From assembly GCA_963845535.1 (NCBI GenBank), contig CAWJSK010000016.1, positions 70,422-134,421 on the forward strand: 64,000 nt of DNA. Reading direction: 5' to 3'. The notes below the pieces were generated by a model. The model made no database searches and had not been told where the DNA came from. It worked only from the letters and a program-made list of their open reading frames with translations. Origin of the DNA: an uncultured Spirochaetota bacterium. GTDB taxonomy: Bacteria; Spirochaetota; Spirochaetia; SZUA-6; Fen-1364. This document shows positions 1 through 9,806 of the stretch, piece after piece. Numbering within the stretch: the stretch's first letter is position 1; every line of letters begins with the position of its first letter. The position numbers were made by a program, and so were the translations under genes.

Positions 1-623
1 ATACCGGTGATCCGCGCGCCCATGGAAACAAGCATGCGGCACAGGTCCTGGATGTGCGGCTCCGAGGCAGCGTTCTCGATTGTCGTGTCCCCTTCCGCGA
101 GCACGGCAGCCATGAGAGCGTTCTCCGTGGCCGTGACCGAAGCCTCGTCCAGAAAAATCCGCGCGCCTTTCAGCTTGTTGGCGAGCAGCGTGAAGGAGGT
201 CCCCACCTCCACCCGCGTGCCCAGCTCCGTCAGGGCCAGAAAATGCGTGTCGAGCGGGCGGCGCCCTATCCCGTCGCCGCCCGGAGGCGGCAGGATGATC
301 CTTCCCTTGCGCGCCAGGAGCGGTCCGGCGAACAGGATGGAGGCGCGGATCTTCTGGGAGAGGTGCGGAGGGATCTCCTCCCGGGCAATGTCCAGGCACT
401 GGAAGCGCCACCTGTTATGAGCGAGCTTTTCCGCCGAACAGCCCAGGGTCTTGAGGACCTCGATCATGACGTGCACGTCTTCGATCTCCGGCAGGTTCGA
501 GAGGATCACGGGCTGGTCAGTGAGAAGCGTCGCGGCGAGGCAGGGAAGCGCGGAGTTCTTGTTCCCGCTCGCCTTGATACGGCCCTTGAGGGGGAAGCCG
601 CCCTCGATTTCGTAATGGCACAT
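1..623 (-). CDS. murA: UDP-N-acetylglucosamine 1-carboxyvinyltransferase, 5' part (runs off window)
   Basis: Not in ORF track. Manual translation from ATG at 623: [34 protein letters not shown]...[16 protein letters not shown]. Confidence 0.95.
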   Translation of the reverse strand, partial: MCHYEIEGGFPLKGRIKASGNKNSALPCLAATLLTDQPVILSNLPEIEDVHVMIEVLKTLGCSAEKLAHNRWRFQCLDIAREEIPPHLSQKIRASILFAGPLLARKGRIILPPPGGDGIGRRPLDTHFLALTELGTRVEVGTSFTLLANKLKGARIFLDEASVTATENALMAAVLAEGDTTIENAASEPHIQDLCRMLVSMGARITG

Positions 624-741
624 AGCGCCATTATAGCGATTTTTGAGTACCTTAGAAGCGAGCACGCCCCAAGCCAGGATGCCTGATCCCCCCGTTGGGG
701 GGACGTGCGTGCGGTGAAAGTTCATGATGAGGAGAGAAGTG

Positions 742-1137
742 ATGCCAGAATTGAAAGACCTGTTTCAGTCCGCGGATTGGAAAAAAGAAAAACATGCCCC
801 CGTCATCGAAGCAGCGGAGACGGTGAAAAAGGGAGATGCTGTGGCCGTGACGGTGAGCGTGGGAAAAGAGATCCCGCACCCCAACACCACGCCTCATCAC
901 ATCCGGTGGATCGAGGTCTTCTTCCACCCCGACGGCGCGAAGTTCCCGTTCCAGGTGGCACGGATGGAGTTCAACGCCCACGGAGAGTCCCCGGACGGTC
1001 CCGACACGAGCACCATCTACACTAACCCCGCCCTGGCCTGCTCATTCAAGACCGAAAAGCCGGGGATGATCCTCGCGTCCTCGTTCTGCAACATCCACGG
1101 GCTGTGGCAGAGCGCGAAGAAGGTGGTGGTAGCCTAG
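742..1137 (+). CDS. Superoxide reductase, class II SORL/neelaredoxin-type
   Basis: [17 protein letters not shown] and FCNIHGLW iron-site motifs; GAGGAG upstream of ATG 742. Confidence 0.9.
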   Translation: MPELKDLFQSADWKKEKHAPVIEAAETVKKGDAVAVTVSVGKEIPHPNTTPHHIRWIEVFFHPDGAKFPFQVARMEFNAHGESPDGPDTSTIYTNPALACSFKTEKPGMILASSFCNIHGLWQSAKKVVVA

Positions 1138-1193
1138 CGCGGCCCACCGCGTTGGCTACCGCGGCAGGGGCAGGCCGCCCCGAAATGGGCGGG

Positions 1194-1817
1194 CTACCGC
1201 GACAAGGCCGCGCTCGCCATCCGCCGAAAGCCGAACGCGTGGCCGGCCAGGGCAAGCTGAGGAGTCTCACTCATCACCCGGAAGCCCAGCCTCTCGTACA
1301 GGCGCTGGGCATCCGGGTTGTCCGTCTCGACGTCCAGGATGAGCCGGGCGGCCCGCGCTCTGAGAGCCTCCTCGCGGGCCTGGCCCACGAGGAGAGAGCC
1401 GATCCCCTTCCCGCGGTGCTCCGGATAAACGGCAACGTTGCTGATGTAGAACTCGTCCCTGCCCATCACGCCAATGGTCGACTGCATTCTCAGGAGCCCC
1501 GGCAGGCGGCGGATCAGTCCCACGCGCATTATGCCAAGGAGCGCAAGCCCCGTCCGAGGGTCCTGCGCCGCCTTCACCGCTCCCGTGTAGCCCAGAAGCA
1601 TCCCGCGGACGGCGCCCTCGTGCTCGGCAATCCACGCGTGCTCATGGCTGAACAGAGTGCCGCGCCCGCGAGCCATTTCCTCCACGGCGTGCTCGATCCG
1701 CGGCCCGAAAAGAACCGGCAGGAACGTCTGGGCTGAAAGGACGACCAGACGCCCGATATGGGGGGCATCCGAAGGCTGCGCATCACGAATCCGTATGTTT
1801 CCCGACATGGCCTTCAT
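1194..1817 (-). CDS. GNAT family N-acetyltransferase
   Basis: YISNVAVYPEHRGKGIGS acetyl-CoA motif and AQRLYERLGF; start uncertain. Confidence 0.85.
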   Translation of the reverse strand: MKAMSGNIRIRDAQPSDAPHIGRLVVLSAQTFLPVLFGPRIEHAVEEMARGRGTLFSHEHAWIAEHEGAVRGMLLGYTGAVKAAQDPRTGLALLGIMRVGLIRRLPGLLRMQSTIGVMGRDEFYISNVAVYPEHRGKGIGSLLVGQAREEALRARAARLILDVETDNPDAQRLYERLGFRVMSETPQLALAGHAFGFRRMASAALSR

Positions 1818-1831
1818 GGACGCTCCCGTTC

Positions 1832-1860
1832 TTGACACCCTACCGGGCGGCTCGTATTGT
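1832..1860 (+). promoter_or_regulatory. Sigma-70 promoter of peptide ABC operon
   Basis: TTGACA-17 bp-TATTGT. Confidence 0.7.
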
Positions 1861-1892
1861 AACACAATCATACTGGAAAGGAGAAATCACGC

Positions 1893-3443
1893 ATGAAGAG
1901 GTTGATCGCTTTATTTGCGGCTTTCGCCCTGCTTCTGGCGGCGGCTGCGTCATGGGCGCAAACCGGCACTCTCGTGTACGGGACCACGGACAAAGTCTCC
2001 GATATGGACCCGGCAAGCGCGTACGACTTCCACACCTGGGAAATTTTCCAGAACGTCAGCGCGGGGCTTCTCGCCTACACCCCGGGGACGACAAAAATCG
2101 TGCCGTCACTCGCAACCGGCTATAGCGTAAGCGAGGGTGGAGACGAGTACATCGTCACCCTGAGGAAGGGCGTAAAGTTCTCCAATGGAGACCCGTTCAA
2201 CGCTGACGCGGTCAAGTGGAGCATCGACAGGGTAGCCAAGCTGAATGGGGACCCGGCGGCCCTCGTGACGCAGTACGTGAAGGAAGTCCAGGTCGTGAAT
2301 GAGACGACCGTGAAGTTCATCCTCAAGCAGCCCGTCGGCTACTTCCCCGCCCTTTTGGCCACCCCGACGTATTTCCCCATGGACCCGAGCGTCTATCCCG
2401 TGGACAAGATCGTGAAGGACGTCGGGGAGCTGACCGGTGGGGAGATTGCGGCCCTCGGCCCCTACAAGCTCACCTCTTTCAAGCGGGATGAGGAAGCGGT
2501 GTTCGAGGCCAACCCGAACTACTTCGGCGCTCAGCCGCCGATCAAGAAGATCATCATCCGCTACTTCGCGGACGCCACCACCATGAGGCTCGCGCTGGAG
2601 AAAGGGGAAATCGACCTGGCATTCAAGTCCCTGAACCCCTCCGACATCGCGGACCTCCTGAAAAACCCGAAGTATAACAACTGGAAGATCCCGGGCCCGC
2701 AAATCCGCTACCTTTGCTTCGAGACATCGGAGAGCGTCTTCAAGGAGAAGAAACTGCGCCAGGCGGTGGCCGCGCTGGTCAACAGGCCTGAGATAAACCA
2801 GAAGGTCTACCTTGGTGAGAACGCCCCCCTGTACTCCATGATCCCCATGGGCATGAGCTACCACAGGGATGACTTCAAGGAAGTCTGGGGTGACGGAAAA
2901 GTGGCCGTGGCTGAAAAGCTCCTTAAGAGCATGGGATACAGCAAGGACAAGCCGTTCGAGTTCGACCTGTGGTACACGCCGAGCCACTACGGTGACACCG
3001 AGGTCAATATGGCGGAAGTCCTGAAGGCAGAGCTGGAGAAAACGCCGCTCGTCAAGGTGAACATCAAGTCCGCCGAATGGGCCACCTACAAGCAGCAGTG
3101 GGACCAGAAACAGATGGCTTCTTTCCTCCTGGGCTGGTATCCCGATTACATTGATCCTGATGACTACACGTCCCCCTTCGCACAGACGGAAGGCTCCAAG
3201 GGAATGGGGATATTCTTCACCAGCGCCGCCTGGGACAAGCTCTTCCTCCAGGAGCAGTCCGCAAACAAGGACGCAGTGCGTGACGCCACCTTCGCGAAGA
3301 TCCAGAAGATGTGGACGGATGAAGTCATGACCGTTCCCATTTTCCAGGGCAACTTGTACGTCTTCACGAAGAAAAACGTGACGGGCGTTAAGATCGGACC
3401 CACGCTGATCTTCAACTACGACCAGCTGAAGTTCGTGAAATAA
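1893..3443 (+). CDS. Peptide/nickel ABC transporter substrate-binding protein (family 5)
   Basis: Signal peptide, LRKGVKFSNGDPFNADAVKWS, GWYPDYIDPD. Confidence 0.92.
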   Translation: MKRLIALFAAFALLLAAAASWAQTGTLVYGTTDKVSDMDPASAYDFHTWEIFQNVSAGLLAYTPGTTKIVPSLATGYSVSEGGDEYIVTLRKGVKFSNGDPFNADAVKWSIDRVAKLNGDPAALVTQYVKEVQVVNETTVKFILKQPVGYFPALLATPTYFPMDPSVYPVDKIVKDVGELTGGEIAALGPYKLTSFKRDEEAVFEANPNYFGAQPPIKKIIIRYFADATTMRLALEKGEIDLAFKSLNPSDIADLLKNPKYNNWKIPGPQIRYLCFETSESVFKEKKLRQAVAALVNRPEINQKVYLGENAPLYSMIPMGMSYHRDDFKEVWGDGKVAVAEKLLKSMGYSKDKPFEFDLWYTPSHYGDTEVNMAEVLKAELEKTPLVKVNIKSAEWATYKQQWDQKQMASFLLGWYPDYIDPDDYTSPFAQTEGSKGMGIFFTSAAWDKLFLQEQSANKDAVRDATFAKIQKMWTDEVMTVPIFQGNLYVFTKKNVTGVKIGPTLIFNYDQLKFVK

Positions 3444-3458
3444 GAGCGGGTAGCCGCG

Positions 3459-3492
3459 GTCGGGTCCCCGCCCGGGGACCCGACGCCTTTTC
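3459..3492 (+). terminator. Intra-operon hairpin after the binding-protein gene
   Basis: GTCGGGTCCCC-GCCC-GGGGACCCGAC followed by GCCTTTTT. Confidence 0.65.
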
Positions 3493-3498
3493 CCTCCC

Positions 3499-4515
3499 AT
3501 GAGACACCTTTTCAGCTACATCATCACCCGACTCCTCCTGGCCATCCCCATGGTCTTCATCATGATGACCATCATTTTCGTGGTGTTGAGGATCATGCCG
3601 GGAGACCCCGTGGGCGCCATGCTGGGCGGTCATGCGCCGCAGAAGGTGATCGACGAGAAGAAGGAGGAGCTGGGGCTCAACAAGCCCATTGCCGTGCAGT
3701 ACGTGGAGTACCTCGGCCAGCTCCTGCGCCTCGACCTGGGAGAGTCCATGATCTTCAAGCAGAAAGTCAGCCAGCCCATCATCGAGAAGCTGCCCGCCAC
3801 CATCGAGCTCACGTTGTCAGCGCTGCTCGTCAGCCTCGGCATCGGGATCCCCCTGGGCGCGTATGCCGCGCAGCGCCGGCGGACCGGGCGGGACTACTCG
3901 GCGCGCCTGTACGCGAACATCGTCTACTGCATCCCCGTGTTCTGGATGGGCCTTATGCTTCAGCTCTTGTTCGGCGTGTGGCTGGGCTGGTTCCCGATAG
4001 CCGGCAGGACCGGCGCCCGAGTGGACGTATCCACTTTCAGCAAGACCGGTTTCTACATCATTGACGCCATTCGCGCCGGCAATATTGCCGCCCTGGTCGA
4101 CGTGCTCTGGCACCTGGTCCTGCCCGCCGTGACGCTGGGGGTAGTGCTATCAGGAATCTTCGTCCGCCTGACGAGGGCGAACATGCTCGACGTGTTGAAG
4201 GCTGACTACATCCTGGCGGCCCGGGCCCGCGGCATTCCCGAGCGAAGGGTCGTCTACAGCCATGGTCTCCGCAACGCCCTGATCCCCGTGGTCACCATGC
4301 TCGGCCTCCAGTTCAGCCTGCTTCTTGCGGGAGCCATTCTCACGGAAAGCACGTTCTCCTGGCCGGGCATGGGGAGGCTTCTTTTGGAGAGGATATACCT
4401 GCGCGATTACCCGGTGATCCAGGGAGTGATCATCGTCTACACGCTGTTCGTGAGCGCCGTGTCCCTTCTCGTGGACCTCCTCTATGCGGTGATCGACCCG
4501 CGGGTGAAATACTGA
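3499..4515 (+). CDS. Peptide ABC transporter permease (DppB/OppB-like)
   Basis: PGDP, DYILAARARG EAA loop, FSWPGMG, RDYPVIQG. Confidence 0.93.
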   Translation: MRHLFSYIITRLLLAIPMVFIMMTIIFVVLRIMPGDPVGAMLGGHAPQKVIDEKKEELGLNKPIAVQYVEYLGQLLRLDLGESMIFKQKVSQPIIEKLPATIELTLSALLVSLGIGIPLGAYAAQRRRTGRDYSARLYANIVYCIPVFWMGLMLQLLFGVWLGWFPIAGRTGARVDVSTFSKTGFYIIDAIRAGNIAALVDVLWHLVLPAVTLGVVLSGIFVRLTRANMLDVLKADYILAARARGIPERRVVYSHGLRNALIPVVTMLGLQFSLLLAGAILTESTFSWPGMGRLLLERIYLRDYPVIQGVIIVYTLFVSAVSLLVDLLYAVIDPRVKY

Positions 4516-4516
4516 C

Positions 4517-5437
4517 ATGAGCAGCCAAACCTCGCCTCGGCCTGCCCACGGCGCCCGATTCTCCCCGGCTTCCGGGCTGGCATCCCTGCTGGGATGGTTT
4601 TCCTCCTCGCGCAAAAAATACGGAGGCGAGTGGTGGATCCTGACGGCGGGCGCGCTCATCATAGCGTTGATCCTCGTCATGACGGTTTTCCCGCGCGCAT
4701 TCACGAAGTACAGCCCCGAGGACCAGAACGCGGGCGGGCAGATGACCGCTCCGAGCCGCGCGCACATCATGGGCACGGACAACTTGAGCCGTGACGTCTG
4801 GGCCCGGGTGGTCTACGGCGCGCAGACGATACTCGGAGTAGCCATGGCGGCCGCCCTCCTCTCCGCCATCATCGGCATCCCCTTGGGACTGCTGTCGGGC
4901 TTTGCCGGCGGCGTCTTCGACCGCATCCTCTCCCTCATCATGGACTCCGTGTATTCGTTCCCCGGGTTGATCCTTGCCATCGCCTTTGCCGCCATGCTCG
5001 GTCCCGGGGTGATCAACATCACCATGGCGGTCGCGGTTGTATACATCCCGACGTACTTCCGCCTGGTGCGGGGCCAGACACTTTCCATCAAGGAAGAGGT
5101 CTACGTGGAGGCGGCACGGGCCATTGGCGCGCCCCGCGGGACCATCCTCAGCCGCTATGTGTTCCCAAACGTCATTGCCACGGTCGTCGTCATCTTCTCC
5201 CTGAACGTCGCGGACGCCATCATGACGGAAGCCGCGCTTTCCTACATCGGCCTCGGGTTGCCTGCGGGGATACCTGATTGGGGGATGGACCTTTCCATGG
5301 GCAAGAAGTTCCTCCCCTCCGGGATCTGGTGGATGATCACCTTCCCCGGGCTCATGATCATGCTGCTCGCCCTGGGGTTCACGATGATGGGCGAAGGCCT
5401 GGCAGAAGTGCTCAACCCCCGGCTCTTGGAGAAATGA
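4517..5437 (+). CDS. Peptide ABC transporter permease (DppC/OppC-like)
   Basis: MGTDNLSRDV, YVEAARAIGA, EAALSYIGLG. Confidence 0.93.
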   Translation: MSSQTSPRPAHGARFSPASGLASLLGWFSSSRKKYGGEWWILTAGALIIALILVMTVFPRAFTKYSPEDQNAGGQMTAPSRAHIMGTDNLSRDVWARVVYGAQTILGVAMAAALLSAIIGIPLGLLSGFAGGVFDRILSLIMDSVYSFPGLILAIAFAAMLGPGVINITMAVAVVYIPTYFRLVRGQTLSIKEEVYVEAARAIGAPRGTILSRYVFPNVIATVVVIFSLNVADAIMTEAALSYIGLGLPAGIPDWGMDLSMGKKFLPSGIWWMITFPGLMIMLLALGFTMMGEGLAEVLNPRLLEK

Positions 5438-5441
5438 AGCG

Positions 5442-6425
5442 GTGGAAAGCGCGGAAACGATCCTCAGGGTGAACGACCTCGTCATCCAGTACCCCATCTC
5501 CATCGGCGTGGTTCGCGCCGTGGAAGGGGTGTCATTCACGCTCGCGGACGGAGAAGCACTGGGCCTTGTTGGAGAGTCAGGGTGCGGCAAGTCCACGCTC
5601 GGTCTGTCACTCCTGAAGCTCCTCCGGCCGCCCGGCCAGGTGACGGGGGGCACCATCATGTACCGGGGGACCGACGTGCTGGGGCTGGACCAGCGCTCCC
5701 TCCTTGCGCTTCGCGGGCAAAGCATCTCCATGATTTTCCAGAACCCGCTCACGTCGCTCAACCCGCTTTTCACCGTGGAGCGCCACTTCCTGGAAACCAT
5801 TCACTTCCATGATGCTTCCATGCCGCGGCGTGACGCGCTGGCGGCGGTTGAGAAAATGCTCGCCACGCTGAGCATCGAACGCAAGCGGCTTCGCGAATAT
5901 CCCCACCAGCTCTCCGGTGGCATGCGCCAGAGGATCATGATCGGGCTTGCCCTCATCATGAACCCCGACATCCTGATTGCGGACGAGCCCACCACGTCCC
6001 TCGACGTCATTGTGGAGGCAGGGTTCACCCAGTTGCTTGCCGACCTGCGACGCGTCTACAAGCTCTCCATCATCCTGATCACGCACAACCTCGGCCTCGT
6101 GGCGGAGATCGCGGACAGGATTGCCGTGATGTACGGGGGGAAGATCATGGAGATAGGCCCGGCTGAGGACATCTTTGCCCGGCCCCTGCATCCTTACACC
6201 CAGGGCCTGATCAACTGCGTCCCCAATATCCGCCTGGAGCAGAAGGAGCTTGTAACCATGCCCGGCAGCCCCCCTGACCTTGTCTCACCACCGAGCGGCT
6301 GCAGGTTCGCGCCCCGTTGCCCGAAGGTGATGCCGATCTGCCGGGAGAAAGCCCCGGAGCTTCTGGAGCATGCCCCGGCGCACAGCGCCGCATGCTGGCT
6401 TCACGACGGGAAGGGCGCACGATGA
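5442..6425 (+). CDS. Peptide ABC transporter ATPase (DppD-like)
   Basis: GESGCGKS, YPHQLSGGMRQR, DEPTT, C-terminal GCRFAPRC. Confidence 0.95.
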   Translation: MESAETILRVNDLVIQYPISIGVVRAVEGVSFTLADGEALGLVGESGCGKSTLGLSLLKLLRPPGQVTGGTIMYRGTDVLGLDQRSLLALRGQSISMIFQNPLTSLNPLFTVERHFLETIHFHDASMPRRDALAAVEKMLATLSIERKRLREYPHQLSGGMRQRIMIGLALIMNPDILIADEPTTSLDVIVEAGFTQLLADLRRVYKLSIILITHNLGLVAEIADRIAVMYGGKIMEIGPAEDIFARPLHPYTQGLINCVPNIRLEQKELVTMPGSPPDLVSPPSGCRFAPRCPKVMPICREKAPELLEHAPAHSAACWLHDGKGAR

Positions 6426-7399
6426 GCACGCTCGTTCGAGCGGTAGAGCTGATAAAGGACTTCCCGCTTCGCGGCTCGCTTTTCGACGCTTTTTCGCCCC
6501 GCCGCAAGGCGGTGCACGCGGTGGACAGGGTGAGCTTCTCGATCGACGAAGGAGAAGTGCTCGGGCTGGCTGGTGAGAGCGGCTCGGGCAAGTCGACAAC
6601 GGGCCGGCTTCTTCTGCGCCTCATCGAGCCCACATCGGGGCGGGTCGAATACCGGGACCGTGACGTCATCAGCCTCGGCGCCAAGAGGCTGGCTGCGTTT
6701 CGCGCCAGCGCGCAGATCGTGTTCCAGGACCCCAACTCCTCCCTTTCCCCGCGAATGAGCGTGGGGCAGGCCATCACGCATCCTTTGCAGATCCACCGGA
6801 TTGGGAACGCCGCGGAGCAAAAGGCGCGGGTGCTCGATCTCATGGAGAAGGTGGGGCTTTCTCCGGCGGGCTTTCTTTACAAGAAATACCCGCACCAGCT
6901 CTCCGGCGGACAGAGCCAGAGGGTCGTGATTGCGCGCGCCCTCGTAACTCGCCCGGACTTCCTGGTCGCTGATGAACCGATTGCCATGGCGGACGTTTCG
7001 GTGCGCGCGCTCATCCTCCAGCTCATGAAGCAGCTCAAGGAGGAGATGGGGCTCACCTACCTCTTCATCACGCATGACCTGGCAACGGCCAAGTACCTCT
7101 GCGACAGGGTTGCCGTCATGTACCTGGGCCGGATCGTGGAGCTTGCGAGCCGGGACGAGCTTTTCAGCCGGCCGCATCATCCCTACACAAAAGCGCTCCT
7201 TGCCGCCGTGCCGGTGCCCGACCCCAAGGCCAGGCGTGAGAAAAACCTCCCCCGCGGGGAAATCCCCAGCGCCATTGACCCGCCCGCGGGCTGCCATTTT
7301 CACCCACGCTGTCCGTTTGCCATTGCCAAGTGCAAGGAAGCCCGGCCTCCCCTCAGACAAATTTCTCCGGGCCACGTATCCGCCTGCATCCTGGACTAG
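6422..7399 (+). CDS. Peptide ABC transporter ATPase (DppF-like)
   Basis: GESGSGKST, YPHQLSGGQ, GCHFHPRC; ATGA overlap with upstream stop. Confidence 0.95.
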   Translation: MSTLVRAVELIKDFPLRGSLFDAFSPRRKAVHAVDRVSFSIDEGEVLGLAGESGSGKSTTGRLLLRLIEPTSGRVEYRDRDVISLGAKRLAAFRASAQIVFQDPNSSLSPRMSVGQAITHPLQIHRIGNAAEQKARVLDLMEKVGLSPAGFLYKKYPHQLSGGQSQRVVIARALVTRPDFLVADEPIAMADVSVRALILQLMKQLKEEMGLTYLFITHDLATAKYLCDRVAVMYLGRIVELASRDELFSRPHHPYTKALLAAVPVPDPKARREKNLPRGEIPSAIDPPAGCHFHPRCPFAIAKCKEARPPLRQISPGHVSACILD

Positions 7400-7461
7400 A
7401 ACCGGTCCACGCGCTTGCTTTTCCAGGCCGGCCTGCGGATATTCTCGGCCAGGAGAGAAGC

Positions 7462-8433
7462 GTGGAGAAGCGCAGGCTCGGGAAAACGGAGATCCAGATA
7501 ACTCCCATCGGGATGGGCTGCTGGCAGTTCGGCCAGGGCGGCAACTTTGTCGCCCGCTTCTGGAGCGCCCTGGACCAGGGAACGGTCACGGACACGGTGG
7601 CTGCCGCTTTGCACAGCGGAATAAGCTGGTTCGATACCGCGGAGGTCTACGGCGCGGGCAAGTCGGAGAAGGCGCTTTCCGCGGCGCTTTCACACCTCAA
7701 AGTCAGGCCCGGGGAAACCGTAATCGCGACCAAGTGGTTTCCTCTGGCACGAAGCGCGAAGTCAATTCGATCCACCATCGAGACCCGCGTGGAATGTCTC
7801 AGCCCCTACCCCATCGACCTGCACCAGATCCATCAGCCGTGGAGCTATTCCCCCATCGCCGCGCAGATGACGGAAATGGCCGGCCTTCTGAAAGCCGGAC
7901 TCATCAGATCCGTCGGCGTGAGCAACTTCTCCGCCCACCAGATGGAGGAGGCGCACAACGCGCTTGCCGCGCACGGCGTCCCCCTGGCGTCCAATCAGAT
8001 CCGCTACAACCTCCTGGACCGGAGGATCGAGACCAACGGCATCCTCGAGACCGCCCGGAGACTGGGCATCACGCTGATCGCCTACTCGCCGCTTGCCCAG
8101 GGGATTCTCACCGGCCGGTTCCATGAGGACCCGCAGTCAGTCACATCGGTGCCCCGCCTGCGGCGGATGAGCGGCGCCTACACCCGGAGGTCAATCGAGA
8201 GGACGCGCCCTCTTGTCGACGAGATGCGGTTGATCGCGCGTGCCCATGGCGCGACGGTTTCCCAGGTTGCGTTGAACTGGACCGTGAGCTTCAACGACTC
8301 GGTCGTCGTGGCAATCCCCGGAGCTTCCCGGCCCGCGCAGGCTGAACAGAGCGCAGCCGCCCTGGGCTTCAGGCTCGCCGCGAAGGAGCTCTCCCGCATC
8401 GACGAGCTGTCACGGGCCGTCGCGCCGCGTTGA
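7462..8433 (+). CDS. Aldo/keto reductase
   Basis: FDTAEVYG, IATK, IDLHQIH, VGVSNF, AYSPLAQG. Confidence 0.93.
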   Translation: MEKRRLGKTEIQITPIGMGCWQFGQGGNFVARFWSALDQGTVTDTVAAALHSGISWFDTAEVYGAGKSEKALSAALSHLKVRPGETVIATKWFPLARSAKSIRSTIETRVECLSPYPIDLHQIHQPWSYSPIAAQMTEMAGLLKAGLIRSVGVSNFSAHQMEEAHNALAAHGVPLASNQIRYNLLDRRIETNGILETARRLGITLIAYSPLAQGILTGRFHEDPQSVTSVPRLRRMSGAYTRRSIERTRPLVDEMRLIARAHGATVSQVALNWTVSFNDSVVVAIPGASRPAQAEQSAAALGFRLAAKELSRIDELSRAVAPR

Positions 8434-8497
8434 GCCCCGTCCCGCGCGGCCGCCCGCCCCGCTCGCCCTTCCTGAGACGGGTGAGTATCTTCAGTGC

Positions 8498-9676
8498 ATG
8501 CGAATAGAACGTCGAATCCGGGGAGCCGTCTGCCTGTCGGTCCATCCCCACGGGTGCGAAGAGCACGTGCGGGAGCAGGTAGCTTACATCAGGAGCCGGC
8601 CGGCCCCGGCGGGCGGACCGCGGAAGGTGCTGATCATTGGCGCCTCCACCGGCTATGGTCTTGCATCCCGCATCACGGCGGCATTCGGCAACCGGGCCGA
8701 CACGGTTGGCGTATTCTTCGAAAGACCCGCGGATGACGAACGCACCGCGTCGGCGGGATGGTACAACAGCGCCTTTTTCGAAGAGGAGGCCCGCGCGGAG
8801 GGCCTGAACGCCTGGAGCCTCAACGGCGACGCGTTCACCGACGAGGTGAAGAAGCAGACGCTGGAGCTCGTTGCGAAACGGACGGGTCCGGTGGACCTCG
8901 TGATCTACAGTCTGGCAGCCCCGCGCCGCGGGCAGTTCACCTCATCCCTTCGGCCCATCAGCCAGCCTTTCACCGGCAAGACCGTGAACTTTCAGACCGG
9001 GCAGGTCTACGAGACGACGGTCCCTCCCGCCACGGAAGAAGAGATCCGCGGGACGGTTGCGGTGATGGGCGGCGAAGACTGGCAATTATGGATCACGGCG
9101 CTGCGGGAGGCGGGATTGCTTGCCCCGGGCGCCATCACGCTTGCCTACTCCTATATCGGCTCCCCGGCCCTTGCCGCCATCTACCGCAAGGGCACTATCG
9201 GAATGGCCAAGGAGCACCTCGAGGCCACGGCACGGGCCATGAACGGCGAGTTGGAAAAGGCCATTGGCGGTCGGGCCATCGTGGCCGTCAACAAGGCCGT
9301 GGTGACGCTTGCCAGCGCTGCCATCCCGTTCGTGCCGCTGTATATCGCGCTGCTCTACAAGGTCATGAAGGAGCGGGGCACACACGAAGGCTGCATCGAA
9401 CAGATGAACCGGCTGTTCCGCGACCGTCTCTACACCGGCGGCCCCATTCCCGTGGACGAGGCCGGGCGCATCCGCCTGGATGAGCGTGAGCTGGATCCCA
9501 CGGTCCAGGAAAAGGTGCGCGAGCTGTTTGCCCAGGTCACCACGGAGAACCTGCCGCAACTTTCGGACTTCGAAGGCTACCGCAAGGAGCTTTCGCGCAT
9601 CTGCGGCTTCGACTCCCCCGGGGTGAACTACACCGAAGACGTGGACCCGCGCGTGCGCATACCGTCCTTGACCTAG
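8498..9676 (+). CDS. fabV: Trans-2-enoyl-CoA/ACP reductase (FabV/Ter)
   Basis: GASTGYGLASR, TASAGWYN, VMGGEDW, YSYIG...YRKGTIGMAK, HEGCIEQ. Confidence 0.93.
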   Translation: MRIERRIRGAVCLSVHPHGCEEHVREQVAYIRSRPAPAGGPRKVLIIGASTGYGLASRITAAFGNRADTVGVFFERPADDERTASAGWYNSAFFEEEARAEGLNAWSLNGDAFTDEVKKQTLELVAKRTGPVDLVIYSLAAPRRGQFTSSLRPISQPFTGKTVNFQTGQVYETTVPPATEEEIRGTVAVMGGEDWQLWITALREAGLLAPGAITLAYSYIGSPALAAIYRKGTIGMAKEHLEATARAMNGELEKAIGGRAIVAVNKAVVTLASAAIPFVPLYIALLYKVMKERGTHEGCIEQMNRLFRDRLYTGGPIPVDEAGRIRLDERELDPTVQEKVRELFAQVTTENLPQLSDFEGYRKELSRICGFDSPGVNYTEDVDPRVRIPSLT

Positions 9677-9677
9677 C

Positions 9678-9742
9678 GCAGGCCTCTGCGCGGAAGCAGG
9701 CCTCTGCGCGGAAACAGGCGCGCGGAAGCAGGCCTCTGCGCG
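9678..9742. repeat. Intergenic tandem repeat, 18-bp unit GCAGGCCTCTGCGCGGAA
   Basis: Copies at 9678 and 9696, a shortened copy at 9714, a partial copy at 9728. Confidence 0.85.
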
Positions 9743-9806
9743 ACGTCGCGCGCGGGGGCCGTCCCTCGCCTTTACCCGTCCCCCTTCCCCTGCTATCCTC
9801 GATGCC

